DNA of 64,000 bases, from positions 516-64,515 of the IMG/VR virus record IMGVR_UViG_3300038679_000032. One strand, 5' to 3'. Of this stretch, positions 37,876 through 48,485 are shown in pieces. The position numbers were made by a program, and so were the translations under genes. The stretch's first letter is position 1. Each line of letters opens with the position of its first letter. Source of the stretch: a virus. Lineage: Duplodnaviria > Caudoviricetes. The notes beneath the pieces are model-generated. The model searched no databases. It saw nothing but the letters and a program-made list of their open reading frames with translations, and was not told where the DNA came from.

Positions 37876-38825
37876 TCTTTACCCCATAACTCATTGTAAA
37901 GGTCACGATGCTTCCAATTATTAAAATAGTAATCGTATTGATTTTCCCATCCTTCCGGCCATCCGTCTAACGGCTGAAACTTGTCTATGAGCCACTTCAG
38001 GGGTCTTGTCTGTTTGGGCCATTTATTGTTCATCCAGTAGTCTACATTATAGACTTCGCTCATTATCTTGTGTCTTTTGGAAAGGTGCCAATCCCCTTCC
38101 TTCCATGTTTTCCCTTTGTGGAGGTGGGCATACCAACACGCCTTATTGATAATAACCCTCCCCCCCTCCATGAGCCATGTCTTGAAATCAAGCTCTATGG
38201 CTTCATCATACATGATGTAGTGGTTGTCCTCGTCAAGCCCTTCAATGTATTCCCAATGGGAACGGGTCATAAAGTAGCACGATCCCTGAAAGATCATCAA
38301 ATCGTCTATCTTGGGGCGTCGTTTATGAGTTTCCGGCCACCAGTAAGAACCGACCAATCCCTGAGGCCCATGCCACTTCGTCCCGTGGAACCCGGTTCCG
38401 AACAAATCATGGCAGTCAAACGGGAAGGTGAGATACATATAATTTATCGGCCCACGAGTCCTCTCCCATTTCACCGGGTCCAGGGAATATCTCGATGGAA
38501 TGGAAATCCAATGCTCCCCCGCATGGTGCTTTTTCAGGGCGACATCCCATCCCGGCATGAGGGCGCAATGGTCATCCAGCTTCATAATGTATTTGCCTTT
38601 GGATAACTTGACCCCCCTATTGATGGAGTCACGCATACCCAAAGGCTGTCCTTTATGGACTATGGTGAGGTTTGGATTGTCTTTCGGGAGGGGGGATGGC
38701 CACCAGTCGTCAAGCATCATAATGACTTCTACCGGCCCATGCGCGTTTGCGAAGATGTCATCCACCGTTTTAGAGGCGAATTGACAAGTTCTGCTCGGAA
38801 TTATCACGGAGACTTCGGGTGTCAT
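37872..38825 (-). CDS. GT2 glycosyltransferase
   Basis: VSVIIPSR, KLDDHC; paralogous to the N-domain of 30450..32789. Confidence 0.88.
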   Translation of the reverse strand: MTPEVSVIIPSRTCQFASKTVDDIFANAHGPVEVIMMLDDWWPSPLPKDNPNLTIVHKGQPLGMRDSINRGVKLSKGKYIMKLDDHCALMPGWDVALKKHHAGEHWISIPSRYSLDPVKWERTRGPINYMYLTFPFDCHDLFGTGFHGTKWHGPQGLVGSYWWPETHKRRPKIDDLMIFQGSCYFMTRSHWEYIEGLDEDNHYIMYDEAIELDFKTWLMEGGRVIINKACWYAHLHKGKTWKEGDWHLSKRHKIMSEVYNVDYWMNNKWPKQTRPLKWLIDKFQPLDGWPEGWENQYDYYFNNWKHRDLYNELWGKE

Positions 38826-38880
38826 GCCGTTTTCCTTTCAGACATTATAACGATTACCCCCTTGTAATGCAAGAAATTTT

Positions 38881-41800
38881 TTATGTTTTTGTTGTCGCAA
38901 CCTGCACCGCACCCATCAAGGGCTGGTCAACTACTTGAATACTTGTAGCAATCGGGGCGGCGACTAATTCAACATCTTCAACTATCGGACCCGCAACTCT
39001 TAAAATATCCTGAACGGTTGGATAAGCTACCCGGGTGATTTCCTTTACTGACGGAACCGTAGCGGATACCGGGCCAATTTCCGGGTGCGCTACCAGGCTG
39101 ATATTAGAGGGACGCGGGTAGGCGATCCTGCTTACACCGGAAGGTTTAATGTGAATCCACGGCGTAGGTGAAGGGGACGGGGACTCACTTGGGCTCTCCG
39201 AGGGGGAACCGGAAGGGCTTTTAGACGGAGAAGCCGATGCACTTGGGCTCAGACTTGGAGAGGCTGAGGGGCTCAGGCTGGGGCTCTGGCTTGGTGAACC
39301 ACTCGGGCTTGCACTCGGGGACAGAGACGGACTCTGCGTCGGTGAGGCCGAGGGGCTCGCGGAGGGGGACAGGCTCGGACTCTCACTCGGGCTGGCAGAG
39401 GGGCTCAGGCTCGGTGATTCGCTTGGACTCGCGGATGCCGAAGGACTTAGGCTTGGGCTTTCGCTTGGGCTAAGGCTCGGGGACTGGCTTGGCGATTCTG
39501 ATGGTGAGGCCGAAGGGCTCTCACTCGGGCTTTCGCTTGGCGAAACCGAGGGACTCTCCGAAGGACTCGCAGAAGGAGAGAGGCTCGGTGACTCACTCGG
39601 GGAAGCCGAGGGGCTTTCCGATGGCGACTCGGAAGCAGACGGTGAAAGACTCGGGGACTCCGATGGACTTTCCGAAGGGCTTGGGGTTCCCGCCGCCGAG
39701 GGGCTTTCACTCGGACTCTCGCTTGGTGATTCGGACGGACTTTCCGAATGGCTCTGACTCGGGCTTTCGGAAGGGCTTTCCGAGGGGCTAAGGCTTGGGC
39801 TCTCCGAGGGCGATTCCGAGGGCGACTCGCTTGGGCTCAAGCTCGGACTTTCAGAAGGGGATTCTGACGCACTTGGGCTGAGTGAGGGGGACTCACTCGG
39901 GCTTTCTGATGGACTCAGCGACGGCGATTCGGAAGGCGATTCACTTGGGCTCTCGCTCGGTGATTCACTTGGACTTGCCGAAGGACTCTCTGATGGGCTC
40001 TCAGAGGGGCTTTCGGAAGCGGACGGACTTAGACTCGGGCTTTCGCTCGGAGACTCGCTGGGGCTTAATGAAGGGCTTTCAGAAGGTGATTCTGAAGGCG
40101 ACAGACTCGGACTCTCTGACGGCGAAGCTGAAGGTGATGGACTGAACCCTGCCGAAGGTGACGGTGAAGGACTTTCACTCGGGGATTCGCTTGCACTCGG
40201 GGAGAGGCTCGGACTTTCCGACGGCGACTCCGAGGGAGATTCAGAAGGGGAAAGACTGAGGCTTTCCGATGGTGAGGCGCTCGGGCTCTCCGAAGGTGAT
40301 TCAGAAGGGCTTGCCGAGGGCGAAACACTTGGGCTCTCCGAAGGGCTTTCCGAAGCCGAAGGACTTAGGCTTGGACTTTCGGAAGGGCTCTCGCTGGGAG
40401 ATTCTGATGGGCTCTCCGAAGGGCTTTCCGAGGGAGACTCAGAAGGGCTTAATGAAGGCGACTCCGAAGGACTCTCTGACGGTGATTCGCTTGGACTTTC
40501 CGAGGGGCTCAGGCTCGGACTTTCGCTTGGAGAGGCCGAAGGACTTAGGCTTGGACTCTCTGAGGGGCTTGCAGACGGCGATTCAGAGGCCGAAGGGGAA
40601 AGGCTTGGCGACTCACTCGGACTCTCGGAAGGACTTGCTGAAGGGCTAACAGAAGGTGATTCTGAGGGGCTTTCAGACGCAATCTCCCCTATTCTCAGGA
40701 CAACATCTTCGACATACTGCACCGTTGCAGATGAAGGAGATGGGGAGGGTGATTCACTCGGACTCTCCGAAGGGGACTCCGAGGGGCTTTCACTTGGACT
40801 TTCTGAGGCCGAAGGAGAAACACTTGGCGATGCAGAGGGACTCTCCGAGGGGCTCTCGGACGCACTTTCCGAGGGCGATTCCGAGGCACTTTCCGAAGGG
40901 GATTCCGAGGGCGACTCCGAAGGGCTTTCGCTTGCCGACGGAGAAACGGACGGGCTCTCGCTTGGACTCTCCGACGGACTTTCACTCGGGGATTCGCTTG
41001 CACTCGGGCTCTGGCTTGGGCTTTCAGAGGGGCTCTCGGATGGCGAAGCACTCGGACTTAACGAAGGGCTTTCGCTGGGGCTCTCCGAGAAACTCGCACT
41101 TGGAGACGCAGAAGGTGATGCGCTTGGGGATGCCGAGGCCGAAGGGGAAAGGCTCGGCGACTCACTCGGACTTTCTGAAGGCGACGCTGAGGGGCTAGCG
41201 GAAGGTGAGGCACTTGGACTTGCCGAAGCACTTTCCGACGCTCCAGGCTGTTTGAATGCCGCAACAATCATTACCGAGTTTGAATCGGTTTGGGCAAGCG
41301 CAGAGAAGGTTCCGGTGGTTCCTGAATTGACCTTAATTGCGTCTGCTATGAATAACCCGACATCCGCCCCGGTATTACTTCCTTCGTCTTGCCGTTCCTG
41401 CCATGTATTGTTAGCCGGTTCCGTAGTGGGGGCAACAGTTCCGTTTGAAGCCACGCTTGGTGCCGTTGCCGCATCCATCGTTGTTGTTGTGGAGTTGTCC
41501 CCGTGGGCAATCATCGCCACAAGGAGTTCATTTGCACCAGCGGTGCTTATCGCTGTCCCGGTGGGTTCAGTTACGGACCCGGCTTGGGTGGTCGAACTCG
41601 TATCATAGGGGGTGGATGTGTTCCCACGATAGGTAACTGTTCGGCCCATCGCAACATCGCCAGCGGTCCGGGTAAAGACATAACTTGGGGGACTTGCACC
41701 CCTGATGCAATACCACATCCCCCCGGAAGCGACACCATTACTTGAATCCGTATCCCCGGCGTAGAGTTGCCCGATCTGAGTCCATTCCGCAGAAGGCTTG

Positions 41801-41937
41801 GTAATCTGAGTGTTGGACCGGAACGCAATACAAGCAACAATCAAATCACCCGTAGTGGTCCCCGTAGGCTCAGCAAGGGTGATGTTGCCGCCATCCTGTA
41901 TGACCTGCGTTCCTAATGCTATGATTTCCCAAGCCAT
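38881..41937 (-). CDS. Virion fibre-like protein with very long Ser-Pro repeat
   Basis: ~230 aa beta-rich N-domain, ~690 aa (SPSX)n, C-terminal 11-aa repeats. Confidence 0.8.
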   Translation of the reverse strand: MAWEIIALGTQVIQDGGNITLAEPTGTTTGDLIVACIAFRSNTQITKPSAEWTQIGQLYAGDTDSSNGVASGGMWYCIRGASPPSYVFTRTAGDVAMGRTVTYRGNTSTPYDTSSTTQAGSVTEPTGTAISTAGANELLVAMIAHGDNSTTTTMDAATAPSVASNGTVAPTTEPANNTWQERQDEGSNTGADVGLFIADAIKVNSGTTGTFSALAQTDSNSVMIVAAFKQPGASESASASPSASPSASPSASPSESPSESPSLSPSASASPSASPSASPSASFSESPSESPSLSPSASPSESPSESPSQSPSASESPSESPSESPSESPSVSPSASESPSESPSESPSESASESPSESASESPSESPSASPSVSPSASESPSESPSESPSESPSESPSPSPSSATVQYVEDVVLRIGEIASESPSESPSVSPSASPSESPSESPSLSPSASESPSASPSESPSLSPSASPSESPSLSPSESPSESPSESPSESPSLSPSESPSESPSESPSESPSESPSESPSLSPSASESPSESPSVSPSASPSESPSESPSASPSESLSLSPSESPSESPSESPSLSPSASESPSESPSPSPSAGFSPSPSASPSESPSLSPSESPSESPSLSPSESPSESPSLSPSASESPSESPSESPSASPSESPSESPSESPSESPSLSPSESPSESPSLSPSASESPSESPSLSPSESPSESPSESPSLSPSESPSESPSQSHSESPSESPSESPSESPSAAGTPSPSESPSESPSLSPSASESPSESPSASPSESPSLSPSASPSESPSVSPSESPSESPSASPSESPSQSPSLSPSESPSLSPSASASPSESPSLSPSASPSESPSLSPSASPSASPTQSPSLSPSASPSGSPSQSPSLSPSASPSLSPSASASPSKSPSGSPSESPSESPSPSPTPWIHIKPSGVSRIAYPRPSNISLVAHPEIGPVSATVPSVKEITRVAYPTVQDILRVAGPIVEDVELVAAPIATSIQVVDQPLMGAVQVATTKT
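39165..41240 (-). repeat. (Ser-Pro-Ser-X)n coding repeat, block 1
   Basis: Translation; short unique interruption near 40680-40735. Confidence 0.95.
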
Positions 41938-43208
41938 TACAGGGTTGACTCCACTTTAATCTGCACGAACCCTAAAGAATTAAACGGGTTTGCATACAGG
42001 TTCCAATCCGCCGCTTCACACGCAACCCTTGTCGCCCCGTGTCTATAGTATAGACTCACCGCATCCCCCGCCCGATACACATTCATCAGTAAGGTGACAG
42101 ACCCCAATCCGGTTTCGCACACTTCAGAGGTCATGTCCTCACCCGCTTCAAGGGCCAATCGTTCCTCATCCCCGGAGTTCTGAATCTCCCCGGTCCCCGT
42201 CCAATGGTCCTGAAATGGGAATATGTTTTCCTCCAAGACATCCGTAACATGGCCCCAACACACCTCCCCCACAGGGGCAGACGGTGAGGCACTCGGACTC
42301 TCGGAAGGACTCGCGCTGGGAGAAGCGGAAGGGCTGGCACTTGGACTCGCAGAAGGAGAAGCCGAGGGTGATAAAGAAGGACTCTCACTTGGGCTGGCCG
42401 AAGGGGAAAGACTCGGACTGGCCGAAGGGCTTTCCGAAGGGGAGGCACTTGGCGACGCACTTGGACTTGCCGACGCACTTGGGGACAGACTCGGGCTTTC
42501 GCTTGGACTCTCTGATGGCGACGCCGAAGGACTTAACGAAGGAGAAGCACTTGGGCTTGCCGAAGCCGAAGGTGAAAGACTCGGACTCTCCGAGGGACTT
42601 TCCGAGGGGCTTGCGGAAGGCGACGCTGAAGGACTTGCACTTGGGGACGCACTCGCCGAGGGGCTAAGACTTGGGCTTTCCGAAGGACTTTCTGATGGAC
42701 TCTGGCTCGGTGAAGCACTTGGGGAAGCCGAAGGGCTAAGGCTCGGACTTGCTGACGGCGACTCAGAAGGGGAAGCGGACGCTGAAGGACTTAGACTCGG
42801 TGACTCACTCGGAGATTCTGAAGGGCTCGCACTTGGGCTGAGGGACGGGGAAGCACTCGGGCTGGCCGATGGCGACGCAGACGGAGATGCCGAAGGAGAG
42901 GCAGAGGGGGAAGCTGACGGGCTCGCAGACGCAGAAGGACTTAGACTCGGACTTTCAGACGGGCTCTCGCTGGGACTAAGGCTCGGTGACGCGCTGGGCG
43001 AAGCGGAAGGAGATGCGCTGGGGCTTGCCGAGGGGGAAGCCGACGGTGAGGCTGAAGGTGACGCCGACGGGGACGCACTTGGGCTTGCGCTCGGTGAGGC
43101 TGAAGCACTCGGGCTGAGAGAAGGGCTACCGCCGTATTCCTGATACCATTGGACATCGGCACGGTCTAACCAATCTACATCAGCAGTTGAACGCCATTGA
43201 ACATCCAT
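41937..43208 (-). CDS. Ser-Pro repeat virion protein
   Basis: Short N-terminus, ~280 aa repeat, ~115 aa beta-rich C-domain. Confidence 0.8.
   Translation of the reverse strand: MDVQWRSTADVDWLDRADVQWYQEYGGSPSLSPSASASPSASPSASPSASPSASPSASPSASPSASPSASPSASPSLSPSESPSESPSLSPSASASPSASPSASPSASPSASPSASPSASPSLSPSASPSESPSESPSLSPSASASPSESPSASPSLSPSASPSASPSQSPSESPSESPSLSPSASASPSASPSASPSASPSESPSESPSLSPSASASPSASPSLSPSASPSESPSESPSLSPSASASPSASPSASPSESPSASPSLSPSASPSESPSLSPSASPSASPSASPSASPSASPSESPSASPSAPVGEVCWGHVTDVLEENIFPFQDHWTGTGEIQNSGDEERLALEAGEDMTSEVCETGLGSVTLLMNVYRAGDAVSLYYRHGATRVACEAADWNLYANPFNSLGFVQIKVESTL
42280..43128 (-). repeat. (Ser-Pro-Ser-X)n coding repeat, block 2
   Basis: Translation. Confidence 0.95.
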
Positions 43209-43275
43209 CGTCGTCCTATAAAAATGGGGGCCGTAGGAATAAGACCCCCATTCTTCATTCCGGGGCCATCACCCC

Positions 43276-43620
43276 TTAACTCGTCACTTGCTGAACAATC
43301 GTCACCGTGCCTTCCAGTAGCCGTGTCACGGTCCCGCCAAGCTCCGTCAATTCGCAATCCCAATACCCGGACCAGTAAGTGAATGTTTCCGTGACAGCGG
43401 CGGCCATTGTCAAGGTGATTACCGAGGTGGTCGTGTCTATCGCGGCGGTGAAATCTATCGAGGAAGTGGAATCCTTCGTTTCCCTCACGGAAGCGGCACA
43501 GGAAGCCCCGGTAAGGTCATAGAGTTCACCATCCTCATCCACGACGGTGAACTCTATCCCAAAATCCGCCCCTTCTTCGATCCGGTAATCCTTTTTCAAA
43601 TTAAGTGTGGTTGCAGGCAT
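43276..43620 (-). CDS. Small Ig-like tail protein (BppU-N-like)
   Basis: IEEGADF...YDLTG...W..Y.D.EL...LLEG.V. Confidence 0.6.
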   Translation of the reverse strand: MPATTLNLKKDYRIEEGADFGIEFTVVDEDGELYDLTGASCAASVRETKDSTSSIDFTAAIDTTTSVITLTMAAAVTETFTYWSGYWDCELTELGGTVTRLLEGTVTIVQQVTS

Positions 43621-43629
43621 TCTATCCTC

Positions 43630-44712
43630 CTAATAGGGATTCTCACTCGGAGACTCCGAAGGCGACACAGAAGGTGACGCAGAGGGCGAAGCCGAGGCAC
43701 TCGGAGACAGGCTCGGAGAAGGACTCGGGGAACCAGACGGCGATTCGCTCGGGCTGGCACTCGGAGAATTGCTCGGGCTACGCGACGGAGAAGCAGAAGG
43801 AGACTCAGAGGGCGAAGCGGAAGCACTCTCACTTGGGCTACTCGACGGAGATGCCGACGGAGACTCGCTTGGGGATGCAGAAGCCGACGGGCTAAGACTC
43901 GGTGACTCAGAAGGTGACTCAGAAGGGGAGGCCGAAGGCGACTCGCTCGGGCTGGCACTCGGGGACTCAGAGGGTGAGGCCGAGGCACTTGGGCTAAGGC
44001 TTGGGCTTTCCGACGGGGACTCAGAGGGAGAAGGACTTGGAGATTCCGACGGGGAAGCGGAAGCCGAGGGGCTAAGGCTCGGAGATTCGGATGGACTCGC
44101 CGAGGCCGACGGACTGAGCGACGGTGATTCAGACGGAGAGGCAGAAGCCGAAGGTGAAGTAGAGGGCGAAGCCGATGGCGATTCGCTCGGTGAAGCCGAA
44201 GGCGACAGGCTCGGGCTGAGTGACGGTGAAGCACTTGGAGACTCGCTCGGGCTGAGTGACGGTGAAGCAGAGGGCGACAGACTCGGTGAGGCCGAGGGGC
44301 TGAGTGACGGAGAAGCACTCGGGGAAGCACTTGGACTCTCCGAAGGCGACGGCACCGCGACACCAGAAATCAGGCTGTCGTGCAGTATGATAATCTTGTC
44401 TGCCGCCGATACCGAAGCAGAGAACCCGGGGCTTACCGTAAAGGTTCCTGTCGAAGAAGTGTAATCCACAATCTGCCTTATCTGCCGTTCCGGGACATTC
44501 CCGTGAACGGAAGCATTGAGCAAGACCTGTAGGTAATACTTCCCCTTTCCTGCTACGGTGCTTGAGAAGTAGTCATCTCCATATCCGGCCAAGGAAGCGA
44601 CTGTAATCGCCGTCGTGCTGTCTGACGAATTGGTGCATGTCCCTACATACGCCAGACCGTCGTGGCCGAATCCTACGACCGGGACGATGTTACTGAAATT
44701 GAAATTACTCAT
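43630..44712 (-). CDS. Ser-Pro repeat virion protein
   Basis: ~120 aa beta-rich N-domain followed by repeat to the C-terminus. Confidence 0.8.
   Translation of the reverse strand: MSNFNFSNIVPVVGFGHDGLAYVGTCTNSSDSTTAITVASLAGYGDDYFSSTVAGKGKYYLQVLLNASVHGNVPERQIRQIVDYTSSTGTFTVSPGFSASVSAADKIIILHDSLISGVAVPSPSESPSASPSASPSLSPSASPSLSPSASPSLSPSESPSASPSLSPSLSPSASPSESPSASPSTSPSASASPSESPSLSPSASASPSESPSLSPSASASPSESPSPSPSESPSESPSLSPSASASPSESPSASPSESPSASPSESPSESPSLSPSASASPSESPSASPSSSPSESASASPSESPSASPSRSPSNSPSASPSESPSGSPSPSPSLSPSASASPSASPSVSPSESPSENPY
43640..44352 (-). repeat. (Ser-Pro-Ser-X)n coding repeat, block 3
   Basis: Translation. Confidence 0.95.
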
Positions 44713-47700
44713 TTTTCGCCTCCTTGTTTTGCTCGTTTATTTCCAAGCAGCGTGTCATTGTAGAAATTAACCGCTTCAACCAACTGTTCCTGTTCATCCT
44801 TTGACAGGGTATTGATAAAACTTACCTTAGTCCTGTCATCCATCCCGTAAAGGGGGTGCATGGTCTTTAATGCGCTTCCAATCCCGGCTTTGACTTGTTC
44901 CGCCGTCCTTCCCTGCTGTGCGGATAAAGCCGCATACTCAGTTAGATACTTTGAGAACGCTTTTTTGTCGTCATACTTTACGGCCAGTTTCATGTTGTAG
45001 AGAGTGTCCCCGGTTGAAGTGAGCCAGAACCCTTCCGAAGTCCTGCCGATCTTTTTGAGGAATTGTGTCTTGGCGTCATAGACATTCCGATATGCCGCTT
45101 CACCGGGGTCTATACTATAGACAAGTGCTTCCTTTATGGACCGGCCATAACCCTTTGATGGTTTTTCTGCCATCATCTTAAACTCGTTTTCAAGGCCAAA
45201 AGACCGTGCAAGATGGAGCCACCTGTCTCTTACGGTTCCCATCTTAAAGACATCGGGGAAGGTGGACCTACGGGATAAGGTTTCAAATAAGAGTTTCGTG
45301 AACGGAACCCCGCCGCCTACAATCTTGTTCATCGGGGCCTGAATGGTTTTCTCCCCCTGATCCATCAATGCCTCTTTTGCCGTCTTTTTCCCAGTCATCC
45401 ATTCGTCAACATATCTCGGAACATAATCAAGGCCGAACCAGGAAATGAAGTCATCAAGCGTTCCCATTCTGTTGAAGTATTCAATCTCTCCCTTATCGTT
45501 TTTCCCGAAAATGATATGAGGGGTGTTCTTGATTTCTTCCGGCAGCACCTTTTCTTCTTCCGGGAACATGGTGTGGTTATACATCTGCAATGCCCCGGTA
45601 AATGCCGCTGTCTTAATCGCCAACCGCCCTACCTTCAATGCCGTAAGCGTAGATGTCGCCCCCAACTTCTTGCCAACCTTGATAGCCAAATCCCCGTTGT
45701 TTGCCGCATTCTGATAAAGCTGTATGTATCTCTTGAAGTTGACTTCCTGCCACGACCAGAACGGAATCCATCTTTCCCGAATGGTCTGGCCGGCAACGGT
45801 CACTCGGTCATAAGCTCCAAGCAAATCATTGGAAAGCCAGTATGCCTTATCATTCATGTCCTTCAATGAATCAATCATCTCCGGCTTGGACGCCCCGTAG
45901 TTCTTCGGAACCCCGCCACCCTTCAAAAGCTGATCCTTGTAGTCAAGGAAGTTGGCATACCGAAGGATGGATTCCCTGAAGTCGGTTGTCATTCTGGCCG
46001 TTTTCCAATACTTCTCCCATACATTCAACCCCTTGTTTTCGTGGAGCCGGGAGAACATCCATGTCTGTTTCAGGGCGTTCAACTCTTGCGCCTGAAGGGT
46101 TGAAGCCGTCCCGCCTCTTTCAAACCATGCGGCCATATCGGGGGACATTGGTTTCTTCCCAAAGAACACATCGCCCAATTCCCGAACCGCTTGCGGAACC
46201 TTCTGGAACGAAGAAGCGTTCCCAAGGAAAGCCGCTTCCGCATCGCCGGTGAGGTTCCGGGCGTTATACTTAAAAGCCCTTCGGGGGGAGATAAGTTGCC
46301 ACTCTTTCCACAACCCCATCGCCTTGATTTCGGCTTTTGCGGCCATTCCTTCCGGGCGTTCCCGAACAATGTTGTCAAGCGTTTTGGCGACTTCTTCCCG
46401 AACAACCCATTCTTTTCTTTTCCCACCTAACGCAAGGACTTCCTTAAACGCACCTTCGAGTCCGGCTATATCTTCAAGGCCGCCGGACATAATCTGTGCG
46501 GCAACCTTCTCATCTACAGAAAGGACCGGATGAAACACATTCCCCTCTTTTGGTTGCCATGCCGTGTATCCTTCGGGAATCGCATCATGCCAGTTTTCAA
46601 GCCCCTGTTCCTTAGCTGTGGCCCGGACCTTACTCGCTATATCTTCCCCGTTTTTAATCTTTGTAAGCGTCTTTGCGGTTTCCGAATCATGGAGCATTTG
46701 AGCCATGATGTTGTGTTCCGCTTCGAGGTAATCGGTATTGTAAAGCCCCCCGTATCCGGTTCTCTGCCGGGTGTATCCCTTCTTTGTCGGCGGCCTCAAT
46801 CTCTTTCCAGTTCCGAAGATTCCCTGTTCCGTGACATAATCCAACACTTGATGCCGGAAATAGTTATCCTTGAACATATCTTCGACATTCGGCTTGTAGG
46901 GGCTTAATGCTTCAATGTATTCAGCCTTGACCTGTTCCCACATCGAGGCACGCTTATCCAGAGCCTCTTTCAGCTTTGGGGATGTGTCAACAATAGCGTC
47001 GAGCTTGCCCCTTTCGGCCGCAAGGGATTCGGGGGTGAACTTGAACGGCAATTCCTTTTCTTTGTAAAGACCCCGTTCCACATCGGATGCAAGGTCATCC
47101 AGAATCACTTTGCGCCGATACACCTCATAGTCCTTCTTCCCTAACCCGGACAGGGTTTCTCCAATGTTCCTAACGGTCCTATCCGCAACAACTTCCTTTT
47201 GTTTTTCCAATCGTTTCAAGTCAAAAATCAGTTGAGCGTTTTCCTGTTTATTGGCAAGATGCTCAAAATCACGGGAAAACTTATGACCCACTTTCGTTGC
47301 CGCTTCCTGTATCGAGGCCCAAATGCCTTCCGGCTTTACACCCCTTGCGGATTCAAACAGGTTTTCCGTTTCCTTTGACTCAAACGAATACTTTGGACCA
47401 GGTTCCTTTTTCCCTATATCCAGACCAATCATTCCCTTCTGGGCTTCCTTGGTCTGTTCCTTTGCAAGCTGTTCAAGGCCGGATTGTTTTGCCTTTTCCA
47501 AATTCCATTTCACGCTTGCATCGCTTAGTGTTCCTTGCTCTATGTTGAATTTAATTTGGTCTGGTGTAAGACCAAAATTATTATTGATTAAATCTATTGC
47601 TTCTTTTTTCGTTCTCAGGTGTCCGGTTGGCAGAGCCAATCCACTCACATTTTCCCTAATCACCCATCCGCCCTTTTCGTCTTTAACGACATCAAATGTT

Positions 47701-48485
47701 CTGTTTTTGAAAGCGGGTGCGGTATATTCCCCTGTCCCAACTAATCCGGGTGCTTCTGCTACCTTACCCAGTTCCGGGGCTTCTACTTGTTTTGCCGTTT
47801 CAACAACAGGGGCAACTGTTTTGGGGGCGGTCTGTGCCGCTTGCGGGATGGTTTCGGTAGATACCTTCGCTTCCGGGGTGATGCTTTCAAGCACTCCGGT
47901 TGCCTGTCTTTTTTCAACCGCCTTCGCAAGTGGCTTCGCTTCTACGGCCTTCACAATGTCTTTCCCGGCAGACTTCGCCAAAGTAGGAAGTTCCGAAGCA
48001 CCCCCGGTGAACCATCCAAGCGATTCTCTCGCCCCGGCAAGCATCTTCCCGACAGGGCCAGCGGCCATCTTCGCACCCGCCACCCCACCCGCCGCCAAAG
48101 CAAGTTCTGGAGACTGAAGAAGTCCGGGATCGGCAGAAGGGACATCTCTTACATATCTCACCGTCCCATCTTCAGAAAATCTCACTTCCGGCTCAGGAGA
48201 CCCTTGCGGCCCAACATGCCCCATTGTGGCAATAGAACCGAGTTCTTCCCCGTATGGCTTCAGGAACCCCTCCACAACACCGGGGGCGGGTTCTTCCTTA
48301 TATTTCCCGGCATCAACCTCCATCCGACGGACAACCTTGAACCTGTCCCCGGAAGATAAGGATTTCCATTCAGGCATCTTGCCGAGGTCTGACAGATAGG
48401 ACTGGAACACCGTGGTCTTTTCCGGTTCCCCAAGACCCTTCCATTCCTCAGACTTCGTTATTTCATCCCATGCCGGTAAGGACAT
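44709..48485 (-). CDS. Large internal virion / ejection-type protein
   Basis: 1258 aa, helical; last of three consecutive genes after the nozzle. Confidence 0.65.
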   Translation of the reverse strand: MSLPAWDEITKSEEWKGLGEPEKTTVFQSYLSDLGKMPEWKSLSSGDRFKVVRRMEVDAGKYKEEPAPGVVEGFLKPYGEELGSIATMGHVGPQGSPEPEVRFSEDGTVRYVRDVPSADPGLLQSPELALAAGGVAGAKMAAGPVGKMLAGARESLGWFTGGASELPTLAKSAGKDIVKAVEAKPLAKAVEKRQATGVLESITPEAKVSTETIPQAAQTAPKTVAPVVETAKQVEAPELGKVAEAPGLVGTGEYTAPAFKNRTFDVVKDEKGGWVIRENVSGLALPTGHLRTKKEAIDLINNNFGLTPDQIKFNIEQGTLSDASVKWNLEKAKQSGLEQLAKEQTKEAQKGMIGLDIGKKEPGPKYSFESKETENLFESARGVKPEGIWASIQEAATKVGHKFSRDFEHLANKQENAQLIFDLKRLEKQKEVVADRTVRNIGETLSGLGKKDYEVYRRKVILDDLASDVERGLYKEKELPFKFTPESLAAERGKLDAIVDTSPKLKEALDKRASMWEQVKAEYIEALSPYKPNVEDMFKDNYFRHQVLDYVTEQGIFGTGKRLRPPTKKGYTRQRTGYGGLYNTDYLEAEHNIMAQMLHDSETAKTLTKIKNGEDIASKVRATAKEQGLENWHDAIPEGYTAWQPKEGNVFHPVLSVDEKVAAQIMSGGLEDIAGLEGAFKEVLALGGKRKEWVVREEVAKTLDNIVRERPEGMAAKAEIKAMGLWKEWQLISPRRAFKYNARNLTGDAEAAFLGNASSFQKVPQAVRELGDVFFGKKPMSPDMAAWFERGGTASTLQAQELNALKQTWMFSRLHENKGLNVWEKYWKTARMTTDFRESILRYANFLDYKDQLLKGGGVPKNYGASKPEMIDSLKDMNDKAYWLSNDLLGAYDRVTVAGQTIRERWIPFWSWQEVNFKRYIQLYQNAANNGDLAIKVGKKLGATSTLTALKVGRLAIKTAAFTGALQMYNHTMFPEEEKVLPEEIKNTPHIIFGKNDKGEIEYFNRMGTLDDFISWFGLDYVPRYVDEWMTGKKTAKEALMDQGEKTIQAPMNKIVGGGVPFTKLLFETLSRRSTFPDVFKMGTVRDRWLHLARSFGLENEFKMMAEKPSKGYGRSIKEALVYSIDPGEAAYRNVYDAKTQFLKKIGRTSEGFWLTSTGDTLYNMKLAVKYDDKKAFSKYLTEYAALSAQQGRTAEQVKAGIGSALKTMHPLYGMDDRTKVSFINTLSKDEQEQLVEAVNFYNDTLLGNKRAKQGGEK

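Noticed and set aside
39165-44352. Repeats as a CRISPR array or VNTR
   Set aside because: No constant repeat with unique spacers; units are degenerate at DNA level and conserved only as peptide
42223-44464. Long + strand ORFs (GLALGEAEG... 306 aa and 231 aa) and many other ORFs overlapping the repeats
   Set aside because: Antisense or alternative-frame shadows of the Ser-Pro codons, which rarely produce stops; no SD, and opposite to the operon
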